In this document: positions 55,089-64,000 of the stretch, piece by piece
Layout of the letters: every line of letters starts with the position of its first letter
How positions within the stretch are numbered: the first letter of the stretch is position 1
NCBI GenBank assembly: GCA_965214705.1
Contig: OZ243972.1
Coordinates: 2,720,001-2,784,000, forward strand
Source: Alphaproteobacteria bacterium
GTDB taxonomy: Bacteria; Pseudomonadota; Alphaproteobacteria; UBA828
Reading direction: 5' to 3'
Length of the DNA: 64,000 bases
Translations under genes and position numbers: made by a program
The notes under the pieces: generated by a model
Seen by the model: the letters and a program-made list of their open reading frames with translations, nothing else
Told to the model about the DNA's origin: nothing
The model's database searches: none

Positions 55089-56849
55089 ATGGCAAGCGCT
55101 ACGAACGGACGCAATGGCGGTGGTTTCGAGACCGACGTGGTGACCCGCGAGATCGTGCGCGGCAAGCTGCTGGCGGTGGCGGACGAGATGGGCGTGGTGC
55201 TCGCGCGCAGCAGCATGAGCCCGGTCATCTACGAGGTGCTCGACTTCGCCTGCGGCTTCTGCGACGCCGACGGCGAGCTCGTGTCCCAGACCAACGGGAT
55301 CACGGTCTTCACCGGGACCTTCTCGATCCAGGTCAACATCATCAAGGAGAAGTTCGGCGACCGCATTCGGCCGGGCGACATCTACATGCTCAACGACCCC
55401 TATCACGGGGGCACCCACTACAACGACGTGGGCGTGGTCAAGCCGGTGTTCGTGGACGGCGAGCTGTTCGCCTTCGCCATCTCGATCTCGCACTGGACCG
55501 ATATCGGCGGCAAGGCGCCCGGCTCTCTGCCGGCGGATGCGACCGAGGTGTTCCAGGAGGGCATCTGCTTCCCCGGCATCCACATTTACAAGGAGGGCGA
55601 GCGCCAGGACGCCATCGTCGAGATGGTGGCGGCCAACGTGCGGCTGCCGAAGATGGCGCTCGGCGACCTCAACGCCGCGCTGGCCTCGGTCCGCATCGCC
55701 GAGAATCGCTGTCTCGAGCTTTGCGGGAAGTACGGCAAGCAGGCGGTCTCCGAGACCTTCCGCCACATCCTGGAGACCAGCGAGCGGGTGAGCCGCGAGG
55801 CCGTCGCCGCGCTGCCGGACGGCACCTACGAGGCCGAGGACTGGATCGACGGCGACGGCATCACCGAGGAGCGCTTCCGCACCAAGGTCGCTGTCACCAT
55901 CGACGGCGACGACATCACCGTCGACTACACGGGCTCCTGCGAGCAGCTCCAGGGGCCGGTCAACTGCTCGCGCTCGGCGCTGGTTTCGGCGGTGAAGACC
56001 GTCTTCAAGGCGATCGTCGATCCCCAGTCACCCTCCAACGAGGGCTGGTTCCGGCCGCTCAAGGTGGAGGCGCCGGACGGCACGGTGTTCACGGCGACCA
56101 AGCCCGCGCCAGTCGGCTGGTACTACGAGGGCACCGGCCAGGCCTCTGAGCTTGCGTGGAAGGCGCTCGCCCCCATCGCGCCCAAGCGGGTCAGCATGGG
56201 CAGCGCCAACAGCCTCTGCGTGACGGTGCTGGGCGGCCACGACCGGGCCAAGGGCGAGCCCTGGGTGATGATCGAGCCGAGCATGGTCGGCTGGGGCGCC
56301 ACCGACGAGCGCGACGGCAACTGCGTGACCAGCGCCATCACCAACGGGGACACCTTCAACTATTCCATTGAGCTTTTGGAGGCGAAGTTCCCGGTGCGGG
56401 TCAACCAGTACGCGCTCAACACGCCGGGCGGCGTTGGCGCCGGCCGCCACCGGGGCGGCTACGGCTCGATCCGCGAGTACGAGATTCTGACCGACGACGC
56501 GGTGCTGTCTGCGAGCTACGGCCGTTCGATCGAGAAGCCGTGGGCGCAGGAGGGCGGCGACGAGGGCTCGTGCAACTACTTCGAGCTCCACGTCGGCAAC
56601 GACGCGCGCCGCGCCGCACGGGCGCCCACCACCATCATGAAACGGGGCGACATCATCCGCATGTTCACCGGCGGGGGCGGCGGCTACGGCGATCCCTTCG
56701 AGCGGCCCGCCGAGGAGGTGCTTGCGGAGGTCCGCGCGGATTACATCTCCGCCGAGCGCGCCCGTGAGGACTACGGCGTCGTTCTCGCGGCGGGTGGCCG
56801 CGCGGTGGACGAGGAAGCGACCGCCAAGCTGCGCGCCGCAGCGGCCTGA
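55089..56849 (+). CDS. Hydantoinase B/oxoprolinase subunit
   Basis: SMSPVIYEVLDF, NDPYHGGTHYND, HWTDIGG, GGGGYGDP. Confidence 0.93.
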   Translation: MASATNGRNGGGFETDVVTREIVRGKLLAVADEMGVVLARSSMSPVIYEVLDFACGFCDADGELVSQTNGITVFTGTFSIQVNIIKEKFGDRIRPGDIYMLNDPYHGGTHYNDVGVVKPVFVDGELFAFAISISHWTDIGGKAPGSLPADATEVFQEGICFPGIHIYKEGERQDAIVEMVAANVRLPKMALGDLNAALASVRIAENRCLELCGKYGKQAVSETFRHILETSERVSREAVAALPDGTYEAEDWIDGDGITEERFRTKVAVTIDGDDITVDYTGSCEQLQGPVNCSRSALVSAVKTVFKAIVDPQSPSNEGWFRPLKVEAPDGTVFTATKPAPVGWYYEGTGQASELAWKALAPIAPKRVSMGSANSLCVTVLGGHDRAKGEPWVMIEPSMVGWGATDERDGNCVTSAITNGDTFNYSIELLEAKFPVRVNQYALNTPGGVGAGRHRGGYGSIREYEILTDDAVLSASYGRSIEKPWAQEGGDEGSCNYFELHVGNDARRAARAPTTIMKRGDIIRMFTGGGGGYGDPFERPAEEVLAEVRADYISAERAREDYGVVLAAGGRAVDEEATAKLRAAAA

Positions 56850-56863
56850 CGCGCGGGTCGATC

Positions 56864-58909
56864 ATGGGCCGGCTCGCGTCCGACATCGGTGGCACCTTCA
56901 CCGATCTGGTCTACTTCGACGATGCGCAAGGCTCGCTGCGCACCGCGAAATCCCTCACCACGCCGGGCGACCTGACGCAGGGCGTGATCGACACCGTCGA
57001 GCTCTCGGGCCTCGCGCCCGGCGAGGTGGACTTCTTCGTCCACGGCGGGACCACGGTCATCAACGCCATCACCGAGCGCAAGGGTGCCCGGACCGCACTG
57101 GTCACCACCGCCGGCTTCCGCGACGTGCTGGAGATTCAGCGCGGCAACCGGCCGGACCTCTACAACCTGCGCTTCGAGAAGGAGCGGCCTTTCGTGCCGC
57201 GGCTGCTCCGCTTCGAGGTGCGCGAGCGGGTCGATGCGGCGGGCACCGTGCTCCGGCCGCTGGAGAAGTCCGACCTCGACCTCGTCGTCGCGCGCTGCCG
57301 GGAGGAGGAGGTCGAGGCAATCGCGATCCAGTTCCTCCACAGCTACGTGGCACCCCGGCACGAGGCCGAGGTAGCGGCCTACTTGCGGGAGCGCCTGCCG
57401 GACGTGAGCATCACCGCCTCCCACGAGATCACCCGCGAGTGGCGCGAGTACGAGCGCGCCAACACGGCGGTCCTCAACGCCTACGTCCAGCCCATCGTGC
57501 AGACCTACTTCGGGCGGCTGGAGGAGGCGCTGGGCGGTGCCGACATCCGCTGCGCCTACGCCGCCATGCAATCCAACGGCGGCACCACCAGCTTCTCCTG
57601 GGCCAAGGAGCACCCGATCACGCTCATGGAATCGGGGCCGGCCGCAGGCTGCAACGGCGCCGCCATCGTCGGCGACCTCTGCGAAGAACCCAGGGTGATC
57701 TACCTCGATATCGGCGGCACCACCGCCAAGTGCACCACCATCGAGGACGGCACGCCCAAGGTGACCACCGAGTACCGGCTGGAATACAGCCGCACCCAGT
57801 TCGGCTATCCGCTGCGCGTGCCCGTGGTGGACATCGTCGAGATCGGGGCCGGCGGCGGCTCCATCGCCTGGTTCGACAAGGCGGGGCTGCTCAAGGTGGG
57901 GCCGGTCTCGGCCGGCGCCGATCCGGGGCCCGCCTGCTACGGCCGGGGCGGCACCGAGCCCACCGTGACCGACGCCAAGCTCATTACCGGGGTCATCAAC
58001 GCCACCAACTTCGCCGGCGGGCAGTTCGACCTCGACGAGGGCAAGGCCCGCGCCGCCATGGAGAAGATCGCGAGCGGCCTCGGCACGGACGTGGTGGAGG
58101 CGGCGGTCGCGGTCATCCGCACGGTCGAAGCCAACATGATCAACGCGCTGAAGCTGGTCTCGATCCAGCGAGGCCACGATCCGCGCGACTTCGCGCTGGT
58201 GGTGGGCGGCGGCGGTGGGCCCATGCACGGCGCGCCGCTCGGCCGTGAGCTCGGCGTGAAGGAGGTCATCGTGCCGCTCTACCCCGGCCTCTTCTCCGCC
58301 TGGGGGATGCTCGCCACCGAGCCCCGGCGCGATTTCATGCAGACCGTGCTGCGCCGCGCCGAGGAAGTGGAGGCGGGCGACGTGCGCTCGGTCTTCGCCG
58401 GTCTCAGGGAGGAGGCGGAGCGCTACTACCAGACTGACGCCCACATGGGGGAAGCGGAGATTGCCTACGAAGGCCGAATCGACCTCCGCTATCTCGGGCA
58501 GGAGCACCCGGTAACCGTGCTCGTGGACATCGAGACCGCCGAGGTCGAGGCGATTCTCGCAGCCTTCCACGATGCGCACGAGAAGACCTACACCTTCCGC
58601 CTCGACGACACGCCGGTCGAGTTCGTGACCTACCGGCTCACCGCGTCCGCCAAGGTGCCGCGGCCGGAGATGACGAAGCTGGCTTCGGACGGCCGCTCGA
58701 TCGAGGCCGCGACGCGGCCCGCGCGCGTGGCCGACTTCGCGGAGGACGGCCGCCACGAGGCTGCGGTCTACGAGCGGGACCGCCTGCCTCCCGGCGCGGA
58801 GCTGACCGGGCCGCTGATCGTGGAGGAGGCCACCGCCACCACGCTCGTTCACCCCGGCCAGACGCTCCGGGTCGACGACTACGGCTTCCTCCGCATCACC
58901 GACGCCTAG
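56864..58909 (+). CDS. Hydantoinase A/oxoprolinase subunit
   Basis: DIGGTFTD, ESGP, DIGGTT, GPVSAGADPGPACYG. Confidence 0.94.
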   Translation: MGRLASDIGGTFTDLVYFDDAQGSLRTAKSLTTPGDLTQGVIDTVELSGLAPGEVDFFVHGGTTVINAITERKGARTALVTTAGFRDVLEIQRGNRPDLYNLRFEKERPFVPRLLRFEVRERVDAAGTVLRPLEKSDLDLVVARCREEEVEAIAIQFLHSYVAPRHEAEVAAYLRERLPDVSITASHEITREWREYERANTAVLNAYVQPIVQTYFGRLEEALGGADIRCAYAAMQSNGGTTSFSWAKEHPITLMESGPAAGCNGAAIVGDLCEEPRVIYLDIGGTTAKCTTIEDGTPKVTTEYRLEYSRTQFGYPLRVPVVDIVEIGAGGGSIAWFDKAGLLKVGPVSAGADPGPACYGRGGTEPTVTDAKLITGVINATNFAGGQFDLDEGKARAAMEKIASGLGTDVVEAAVAVIRTVEANMINALKLVSIQRGHDPRDFALVVGGGGGPMHGAPLGRELGVKEVIVPLYPGLFSAWGMLATEPRRDFMQTVLRRAEEVEAGDVRSVFAGLREEAERYYQTDAHMGEAEIAYEGRIDLRYLGQEHPVTVLVDIETAEVEAILAAFHDAHEKTYTFRLDDTPVEFVTYRLTASAKVPRPEMTKLASDGRSIEAATRPARVADFAEDGRHEAAVYERDRLPPGAELTGPLIVEEATATTLVHPGQTLRVDDYGFLRITDA

Positions 58910-58934
58910 CGTCCCGCTCTTGAGTAACTTCTCT

Positions 58935-60359
58935 CTAAGCCGTTGACATAGAGGCATTTGTGTTTTTGTTGTCGTCGTCGATCTCGACCAGTTGGAAGCC
59001 GAGCTTCTTGGCCTGTCGACGGAGCGAAGAGAACTTTCGGTCCAGGCGTCGGCTCTCGTAGACCTCCATCCCCTTCTCGGCATATTGCTGGCCGCGGGTC
59101 ACCATCAGGTAGATCAGGCAGGCGAGTTCTCGGGCGGTGGCGACAACGGCTACGCTGGTGTCCATCCGGGCGAGGCGGCTGCGGTGCTTGGCGCCGATGA
59201 AGGTTTGGCTGGTGCGAGCGGTCATGGCCGCCATGCGCAGTGCCTGGCCAACGCGGTTGACCACCTTGGGCCCCCGGCCCGGCAACGGTTTGCCGCCGCT
59301 GATCCTGGTCCCAGGCGCCAGCCCCAGCCAGGAACTGAAGTGCTGTGCGGAGGGAAAGGCGGAGAAGTCAGGACCGATCTCGGCGGCGATCACCAGGGCA
59401 GTGTTGACGCCGACGGTGGGGATTGCGGTGAGATCGACCCCCATCATCTTATGCAGCGCCATAGCCATGGCCTTATCCTGCCCGCGGAGCGCCCTGCCGC
59501 TGCTGCTTGGGGTCTCGTTCGACGCCGTGCCCGATGATCCGACACTGGGAGTGTCCTCGGGCGTACCCTCATCCGTCGGATCGTCCGGCGGGGTCAGGTG
59601 CTCAACCTCCGCCATGATCCGCGCCTCGCAGTCCGCGATCTGCTGCTCCAGAAAGTCGTAGCGCTGCATCGCCTGCTCAAGCGCGAACAGGTGCTCCTCG
59701 CGCCAAGTGCCCTCCAGGCTCGCGGCAATCGTGTCGGCGCTGGCCTTGATCCGCCTGTCGCGAAGCGACGCCAGCCGCCCGGGGTCGCGCTCGCCGGCGA
59801 TGATCGCCCGCAGGATGCGCTCACCCGTCTTCCCCATGATATCGCTGATCACCGAGTCCAGACGCACGTTCATCTGGGTCAGCGCCTTCTGCATATGCAG
59901 CACGCAGCGAGAGCGGTCCTCGATCAACTGCTTCGCCTGGCGCATGAAGGAGCGCAACGGGCAGATCGCGTCGCCCGGCCGGAAGGCGCCGCGCAGAAGG
60001 CCGTAGGACATCAGCTGCCAGATCCACTGGCAGTCCAGCACATCGCTCTTGCGCCCGCCGATCTGCTTCGTCATCCGGGGCGGCACAAGCATCACCTCGA
60101 AGCCGGCTCGATCCAGGACCTCGTAAACCGGGATCCAGTAGACCGAGGTCGACTCCATCGCCACCTTCGTCACACCGCACGACTTCAGCCACTCGGCCAT
60201 CGCATCCAGGTCGCGCGTGAACGCGCCGAACTCCCTCACCGGTTCCTCGGCTCGCTCCGGATCCACCGCCACGAAGTGCCGGTCCTTGCCGATGTCGATC
60301 CCGGCGCAATTCGGGTGCACTACCTTGAGGCGCTGCCTCCTTCTCCGCTTGCGCGCCAT
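58935..60359 (-). CDS. IS110-family DEDD transposase/recombinase
   Basis: AGIDIGK, MESTSVYW, RKSDVLDC, WLGLAPGTRISGG, ARELA. Confidence 0.95.
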   Translation of the reverse strand: MARKRRRRQRLKVVHPNCAGIDIGKDRHFVAVDPERAEEPVREFGAFTRDLDAMAEWLKSCGVTKVAMESTSVYWIPVYEVLDRAGFEVMLVPPRMTKQIGGRKSDVLDCQWIWQLMSYGLLRGAFRPGDAICPLRSFMRQAKQLIEDRSRCVLHMQKALTQMNVRLDSVISDIMGKTGERILRAIIAGERDPGRLASLRDRRIKASADTIAASLEGTWREEHLFALEQAMQRYDFLEQQIADCEARIMAEVEHLTPPDDPTDEGTPEDTPSVGSSGTASNETPSSSGRALRGQDKAMAMALHKMMGVDLTAIPTVGVNTALVIAAEIGPDFSAFPSAQHFSSWLGLAPGTRISGGKPLPGRGPKVVNRVGQALRMAAMTARTSQTFIGAKHRSRLARMDTSVAVVATARELACLIYLMVTRGQQYAEKGMEVYESRRLDRKFSSLRRQAKKLGFQLVEIDDDNKNTNASMSTA

Positions 60360-60388
60360 CGAGAGCCCTCCCAAACTCCGTTGACGTT

Positions 60389-60546
60389 GCGGGTGGGGAG
60401 GAACCGCGGCGAAGTCTCAATCTCTTGAACGAGGTCACGGGCGAACCCGCGCCATCAGTGACAGAAGCCGATCACGGTTCGGGCCAAGCTTCCAAACGGG
60501 TGCCCTCGCACGCCACTGAAGGGACGGCCTCGTCTGCCCTACCCGC
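60389..60546 (-). ncRNA. Candidate bridge/seek RNA of the IS110 element
   Basis: Closing stem 60389-60398 / 60537-60546 encloses two hairpins with internal loops; lies in the IS110 non-coding leader. Folded by eye only. Confidence 0.55.
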
Positions 60547-60566
60547 TACCACTTCACGCTTCAACC

Positions 60567-60603
60567 GTCGAAGACTCAACCCCAGTCGAAGACTCTACCC
60601 CCA
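60567..60603. repeat. Tandem 18/19-bp duplication near the IS110 end
   Basis: GTCGAAGACTCAACCCCA followed by GTCGAAGACTCTACCCCCA. Confidence 0.8.
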
Positions 60604-60651
60604 GTTACTTCAGCGACTGAGCCGCTGCGCCGCAGTGGTGGTGGCTTCTAA

Positions 60652-61853
60652 GGAAGGTCTGATCAAGTCGGGTGTGCCATGATTTTCGTAGGAGTCGCAG
60701 ATTGGATGATCGGGTCATGGCACAGGCGAGCTTTTCGGAACTGGAGCACGACTTGAAGAAGCGCCGGACGCGGCGCGAGCTGTTCCTGGAGAAGATGGAC
60801 AAGCTGGTTCCCTGGGAGCGGCTGGAACGGCGGATCGAGCCGTTCTATCCGAAGGCGGGGCGCGGTCGGCGCCCGTACCCGCTTGCGGTGATGCTGCGCG
60901 TTCACTGCGTGCAGCTGTTCTACAACCTGAGCGATCCGGGGATGGAGGACCTGCTCTACGAGGTGGAGTCGGTGCGGCGTTTCGTGGGGCTGCGGCTGGC
61001 GGAGGCGTTGCCTGACGAGACCACCATCCTGAACTTCCGGCATCTTCTGGAGAAGCACGGCCTGGGCGAGGGTCTGTTCGAGGAGATCAATGCGCACCTG
61101 GCGTCGCGCGGCCATTGGCTGCGCACGGGGACGATCGTTGACGCGAGCATCATCGAGGCGCCGTCGTCGACGAAGAACCGGCGCCGCGCACGGGACCCTG
61201 AGATGCGTCAGACGAGGAAGGGCAAGCAGTGGTATTTCGGGATGAAGGCGCACATCGGGGTGGACGCCGGGTCGGGTCTGGCACACAGCGTGGTGACGAC
61301 GGCGGCCAACGCAAGCGACGTGACGCAGGCGGGAGCGCTGCTGCATGGCGCTGAGACGACGGCGTGGGGCGACGCGGGCTACCAGGGGGTGGAGAAGCGT
61401 CCCGAGCACCGGGATGGCGGTGTCGAGTGGCGTGTGGCGATGAAGCCGGGGCGGCGCCGGCTGCTGGCCGGGGGTGGCGCCGAAGCGGCGGCCGAGACGC
61501 GCAAGGCGTCGGTGCGGGCGAAGGTGGAGCATCCGTTCCTGTACGTGAAGCGGCACTTCGGCTACGCCAAGGTGCGCTACCGGGGCGTGGCGAAGAACAG
61601 GCAGCGCATCGCGTTGCTGCTGGGGTTCTCGAACCTGCTGATCGCCGGCCGCTACGCGACGCAATGACAGGGGAGCAGTCCGCCCGCCGCCGGCGGGACG
61701 ACGGGGAATGCGGCGGATCGACGCGGATATCGCCCGTTCGCTCCGTATCCCGCGACAAAAGCAGCCCCCGGCCTGCCGGCAATATCGTCGAGCTTCAAAT
61801 CCAAGCCCCCTCTCCCCCTCGAAGCCGCCAAGATGGGGTTGTTCAGACTTTCC
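60652..61853 (+). mobile_element. IS5-family element, complete
   Basis: TIRs GGAAGGTCTGATCAA / TTGTTCAGACTTTCC (13/15); CTAA target duplication at 60648-60651 and 61854-61857. Confidence 0.95.
60717..61667 (+). CDS. IS5-family DDE transposase
   Basis: PDETTILNFRH, IVDASII, FGMKAHIGVD, GDAGY, RAKVEHPF. Confidence 0.95.
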   Translation: MAQASFSELEHDLKKRRTRRELFLEKMDKLVPWERLERRIEPFYPKAGRGRRPYPLAVMLRVHCVQLFYNLSDPGMEDLLYEVESVRRFVGLRLAEALPDETTILNFRHLLEKHGLGEGLFEEINAHLASRGHWLRTGTIVDASIIEAPSSTKNRRRARDPEMRQTRKGKQWYFGMKAHIGVDAGSGLAHSVVTTAANASDVTQAGALLHGAETTAWGDAGYQGVEKRPEHRDGGVEWRVAMKPGRRRLLAGGGAEAAAETRKASVRAKVEHPFLYVKRHFGYAKVRYRGVAKNRQRIALLLGFSNLLIAGRYATQ

Positions 61854-61912
61854 CTAAGGGTTACGTGACGTTAGGTAGACCGTGGGGTTTCCCCGCCACC
61901 GCCGCTATTCTC

Positions 61913-62009
61913 GTCATGCCCGGACTTGATCCGGGCATCCAACTATCTCAAGGGTTTCGTCGGAGTGTTGTGTGAACACGTGGATGGCCGGGACAAGCCC
62001 GGCCATGAC
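61913..62009. repeat. Inverted pair of alphaproteobacterial GTCATG-type REP-like palindromes
   Basis: GTCATGCCCGGACTTGATCCGGGCATCCA ... TGGATGGCCGGGACAAGCCCGGCCATGAC. Confidence 0.8.
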
Positions 62010-62102
62010 GTGTGGAGGGTGCGGCGCAGATGGATTGAAACCTCTCGAACAGGTTACAAAGCCGGACTATACCGCGTCGGGCCGGCGGGCGAGGGCGACC
62101 GA

Positions 62103-63781
62103 GGGTGTGATTCTCGTATGGCGATATGCCAGTCGTGATGGCGCTAAAGGATATGGGCTGGTTCATTTTGGTCAAGCAGCGAGTGCCAGGACTTCGGTTG
62201 GGCTGATGTTGTCGTTAGCTGGTCCGGATCGGGCGTCCATGAGCGCATCCCATGCCCGGTCGAAGAGGCCGGATTTGATCAGGGCGCGGAAGGTCAGAAC
62301 CGCCTGCCCGCCGTCGATCCGCCAGCGCATGCCCGAGCGTTTCAAGCGCTGCGCGACGAGGGTCTTGCAGGCCGCCTCGACCACACCCGAGCCGATGGCG
62401 ATGCCCTCTTCCTTCAGGGCGTGGTAGCGCATCCGATGGCGGTGCTTTCGGAAGAAGGCCAGTTCGCGCTCGATCTCGGCCGGGTCCCCCTTTGCCCTGT
62501 CCAGGAGGTAGCGCAGTGCCCGGATCACCTTGTCGACGCCGCGGGGGTCGTGGCGCAGGATTTCGCGGTGCTTCTCGAACCAGTGGCGCGCCACCGCATG
62601 GTCAGAGGCCACGCGGAGATGCTCGCAAGCGTGCCAGAAGTCGATGACCTCGGTCTCGGGCGAGAGGCTTTCGAGGAAGGTCCAGTTGTCGGCGGCCCCG
62701 TCGGCGACGGCGCCGATCCTGATCTTCGGGCTCACACGGCGGATATGGGCGACCTCGCTTGCAAGTTGCGCTTTCAGCGCGGCCTTGCCGCTCTCGGGCA
62801 TACGGCCGAGATAGAGGGTCTTCAGCCGTTGGCCCTCGGCGTCGTGGAAGGAGACCGTGCCGCAAGAGGCCTCGCGCCAGCACGCCTCGGCACGGCCGTC
62901 CTCGCCGGCCCGCAGCGCCACCATGACGCCGTCAAGGGAGACGGACGCGGTGACCGCATCGGGCGGTATGCCCTGGGTTTCACGGATGCTGGCCAGCGTC
63001 TCCGGGGCGACGCTCTCCCAGTGCTCATGCATGCTCAGGGCCAGGCGCTGCAGCGTGCTCACCGACGGCGTCATTCCGCCCATTTTCGCGAAGAACTCCT
63101 CCGCTTCACGCGGCGTACAGTGGCCCATCATCATCAGCCCGAGCTGCGCCGCCGGCCGCGTCAGGTAGTCGTCGATGAGGCCCAGGCTCTCGTCCACCGG
63201 CACCAGCGACGTGCTGCTCGCGCCGCTGCGATAGCGCGCACGCCGATAGGTCACGGGACCGAGCGTCGTCATGATCGTCTTCGGCGTCGCCGCCACCCGG
63301 ACCCAGCTCTGTCCGTCGCGCTCGATCCGGCTCGCACCGTCGTCGCGGCTCTCGGCGAAGGCCCCAAGGAGCTTGCAACCCAAGCCGTTCATGGCGTCCC
63401 GCAGCCCCGTCTCAACCGTTTCGAACGTCTCGGCAGACGGGTCAGACCCAGCCTGTTCGCGACAGAACTCCACCACCTGGGCGACCGCTTCGGCGACTTC
63501 GGCAGGCAGGCCCAAAAGGTCGATGGACGAGGCGATGAGAGACTGCGACACTGGCATGGGAACGCTCCTGATGTTGGGTCTGATGTTGGGTTGTCGGCGC
63601 GGCATCCTACCGCATCTCGCGGTGCGGAGCGTTCCCACCCACCACTGCTGGATGCCGCCGTTGTGACAAAATCCGGCCCTGCACCGGCCGATTGTCACGA
63701 AAACCCGATTCTGGCTGCCTACGGCCACCCGCCAATCGCGCTAAATCAATGACTTACGATCGCCATGCCAGACCTACACCC
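62103..63781 (-). mobile_element. ISKra4/ISLre2-like (Mutator-type) element, complete
   Basis: Imperfect TIRs GGGTGTGATTCTCGTATGGCGAT vs GGGTGTAGGTCTGGCATGGCGAT (reverse complement of the right end); 8-bp target duplication GCGACCGA at 62095-62102 and 63782-63789. Confidence 0.9.
62172..63557 (-). CDS. ISKra4/UPF0236-type DDE transposase
   Basis: LDGVMV, ADGAADNW, IDFWHACEHL (DxxH), GSGVVEAACK, RLKRSGMRW; GGAG RBS before ATG 63557. Confidence 0.9.
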   Translation of the reverse strand: MPVSQSLIASSIDLLGLPAEVAEAVAQVVEFCREQAGSDPSAETFETVETGLRDAMNGLGCKLLGAFAESRDDGASRIERDGQSWVRVAATPKTIMTTLGPVTYRRARYRSGASSTSLVPVDESLGLIDDYLTRPAAQLGLMMMGHCTPREAEEFFAKMGGMTPSVSTLQRLALSMHEHWESVAPETLASIRETQGIPPDAVTASVSLDGVMVALRAGEDGRAEACWREASCGTVSFHDAEGQRLKTLYLGRMPESGKAALKAQLASEVAHIRRVSPKIRIGAVADGAADNWTFLESLSPETEVIDFWHACEHLRVASDHAVARHWFEKHREILRHDPRGVDKVIRALRYLLDRAKGDPAEIERELAFFRKHRHRMRYHALKEEGIAIGSGVVEAACKTLVAQRLKRSGMRWRIDGGQAVLTFRALIKSGLFDRAWDALMDARSGPANDNISPTEVLALAA

Positions 63782-63818
63782 GCGACCGAAGCCCTAACCT
63801 CCAATATGGAGTCTCAAC

Positions 63819-64000
63819 ATGAATGGCAGGCCTTTCTGTTCCCCAATTCAGCACATTTCCACATTGGGAAAGTTTATAAGAAAAGTGATCCTATACCCAA
63901 CAGTGGCAGCGTCATTCGCGCTCGCCTCCGCTGCATATGCTCAGATGAATATCGAGGATTTGGCGCAAGCGGTGGCTTCTGGGGACGTTGAGATTATGTC
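63819..64000 (+). CDS. N-terminus of a probably secreted protein (runs off window)
   Basis: GGAG RBS; MNGRPFCSP...KFIRKVILYPTVAASFALASAAYA/QMNIEDLAQAVASGDVEIM, open to the window end; lower GC than the surroundings. Confidence 0.55.
   Translation, partial: MNGRPFCSPIQHISTLGKFIRKVILYPTVAASFALASAAYAQMNIEDLAQAVASGDVEIM

Larger units (their letters stand above)
58916..60614 (-). mobile_element. IS110-family element
   Basis: Transposase plus ~250-nt upstream non-coding region; short subterminal inverted repeats AGTAACT (58923-58929) / AGTTACT (60603-60609). Exact ends uncertain by a few bases. Confidence 0.8.

Noticed and set aside
60567-60603. Repeat pair as a mini-CRISPR
   Set aside because: Two adjacent copies with no spacer and no cas genes; a simple tandem duplication.

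Overview
High-GC bacterial chromosome segment, most likely alphaproteobacterial (inferred from the tRNA-Leu/tig/clpP/clpX/lon block and protein style). (1) 1-~8.8 kb: right arm of an integrative, probably mobilisable element with a TraD/TrwB-type coupling protein, a translationally coupled HD-fold protein that has lost most metal ligands, two HTH genes and an arm-type tyrosine integrase. An IS91-like unit (tyrosine recombinase + Y2 transposase) with inverted ends is inserted in it. (2) 8.9-15 kb: hydantoinase/oxoprolinase A-B, VOC dioxygenase and amidohydrolase operon. (3) 15-28 kb: core genes (polA with degenerate proofreading motifs, MFS, MBL hydrolase, HpcH aldolase, lon, clpX, clpP, tig, tRNA-Leu, tRNA-Ser). 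(4) 28-59 kb, downstream of tRNA-Ser and an att-like scar: a pfkB-zwf-pgl-edd cassette lacking eda, then a catabolic region with no recognisable regulator. It holds two xanthine-dehydrogenase-family Mo hydroxylases, two more hydantoinase/oxoprolinase pairs, a BMP-type ABC transporter, a racemase and an M20 hydrolase. (5) 59-64 kb: IS cluster (IS110 with a bridge-RNA-like leader, IS5 and ISKra4-like with target duplications, a REP pair) and the start of a secreted protein. No CRISPR array or rRNA seen. All calls come from reading motifs by eye; no database search was run.
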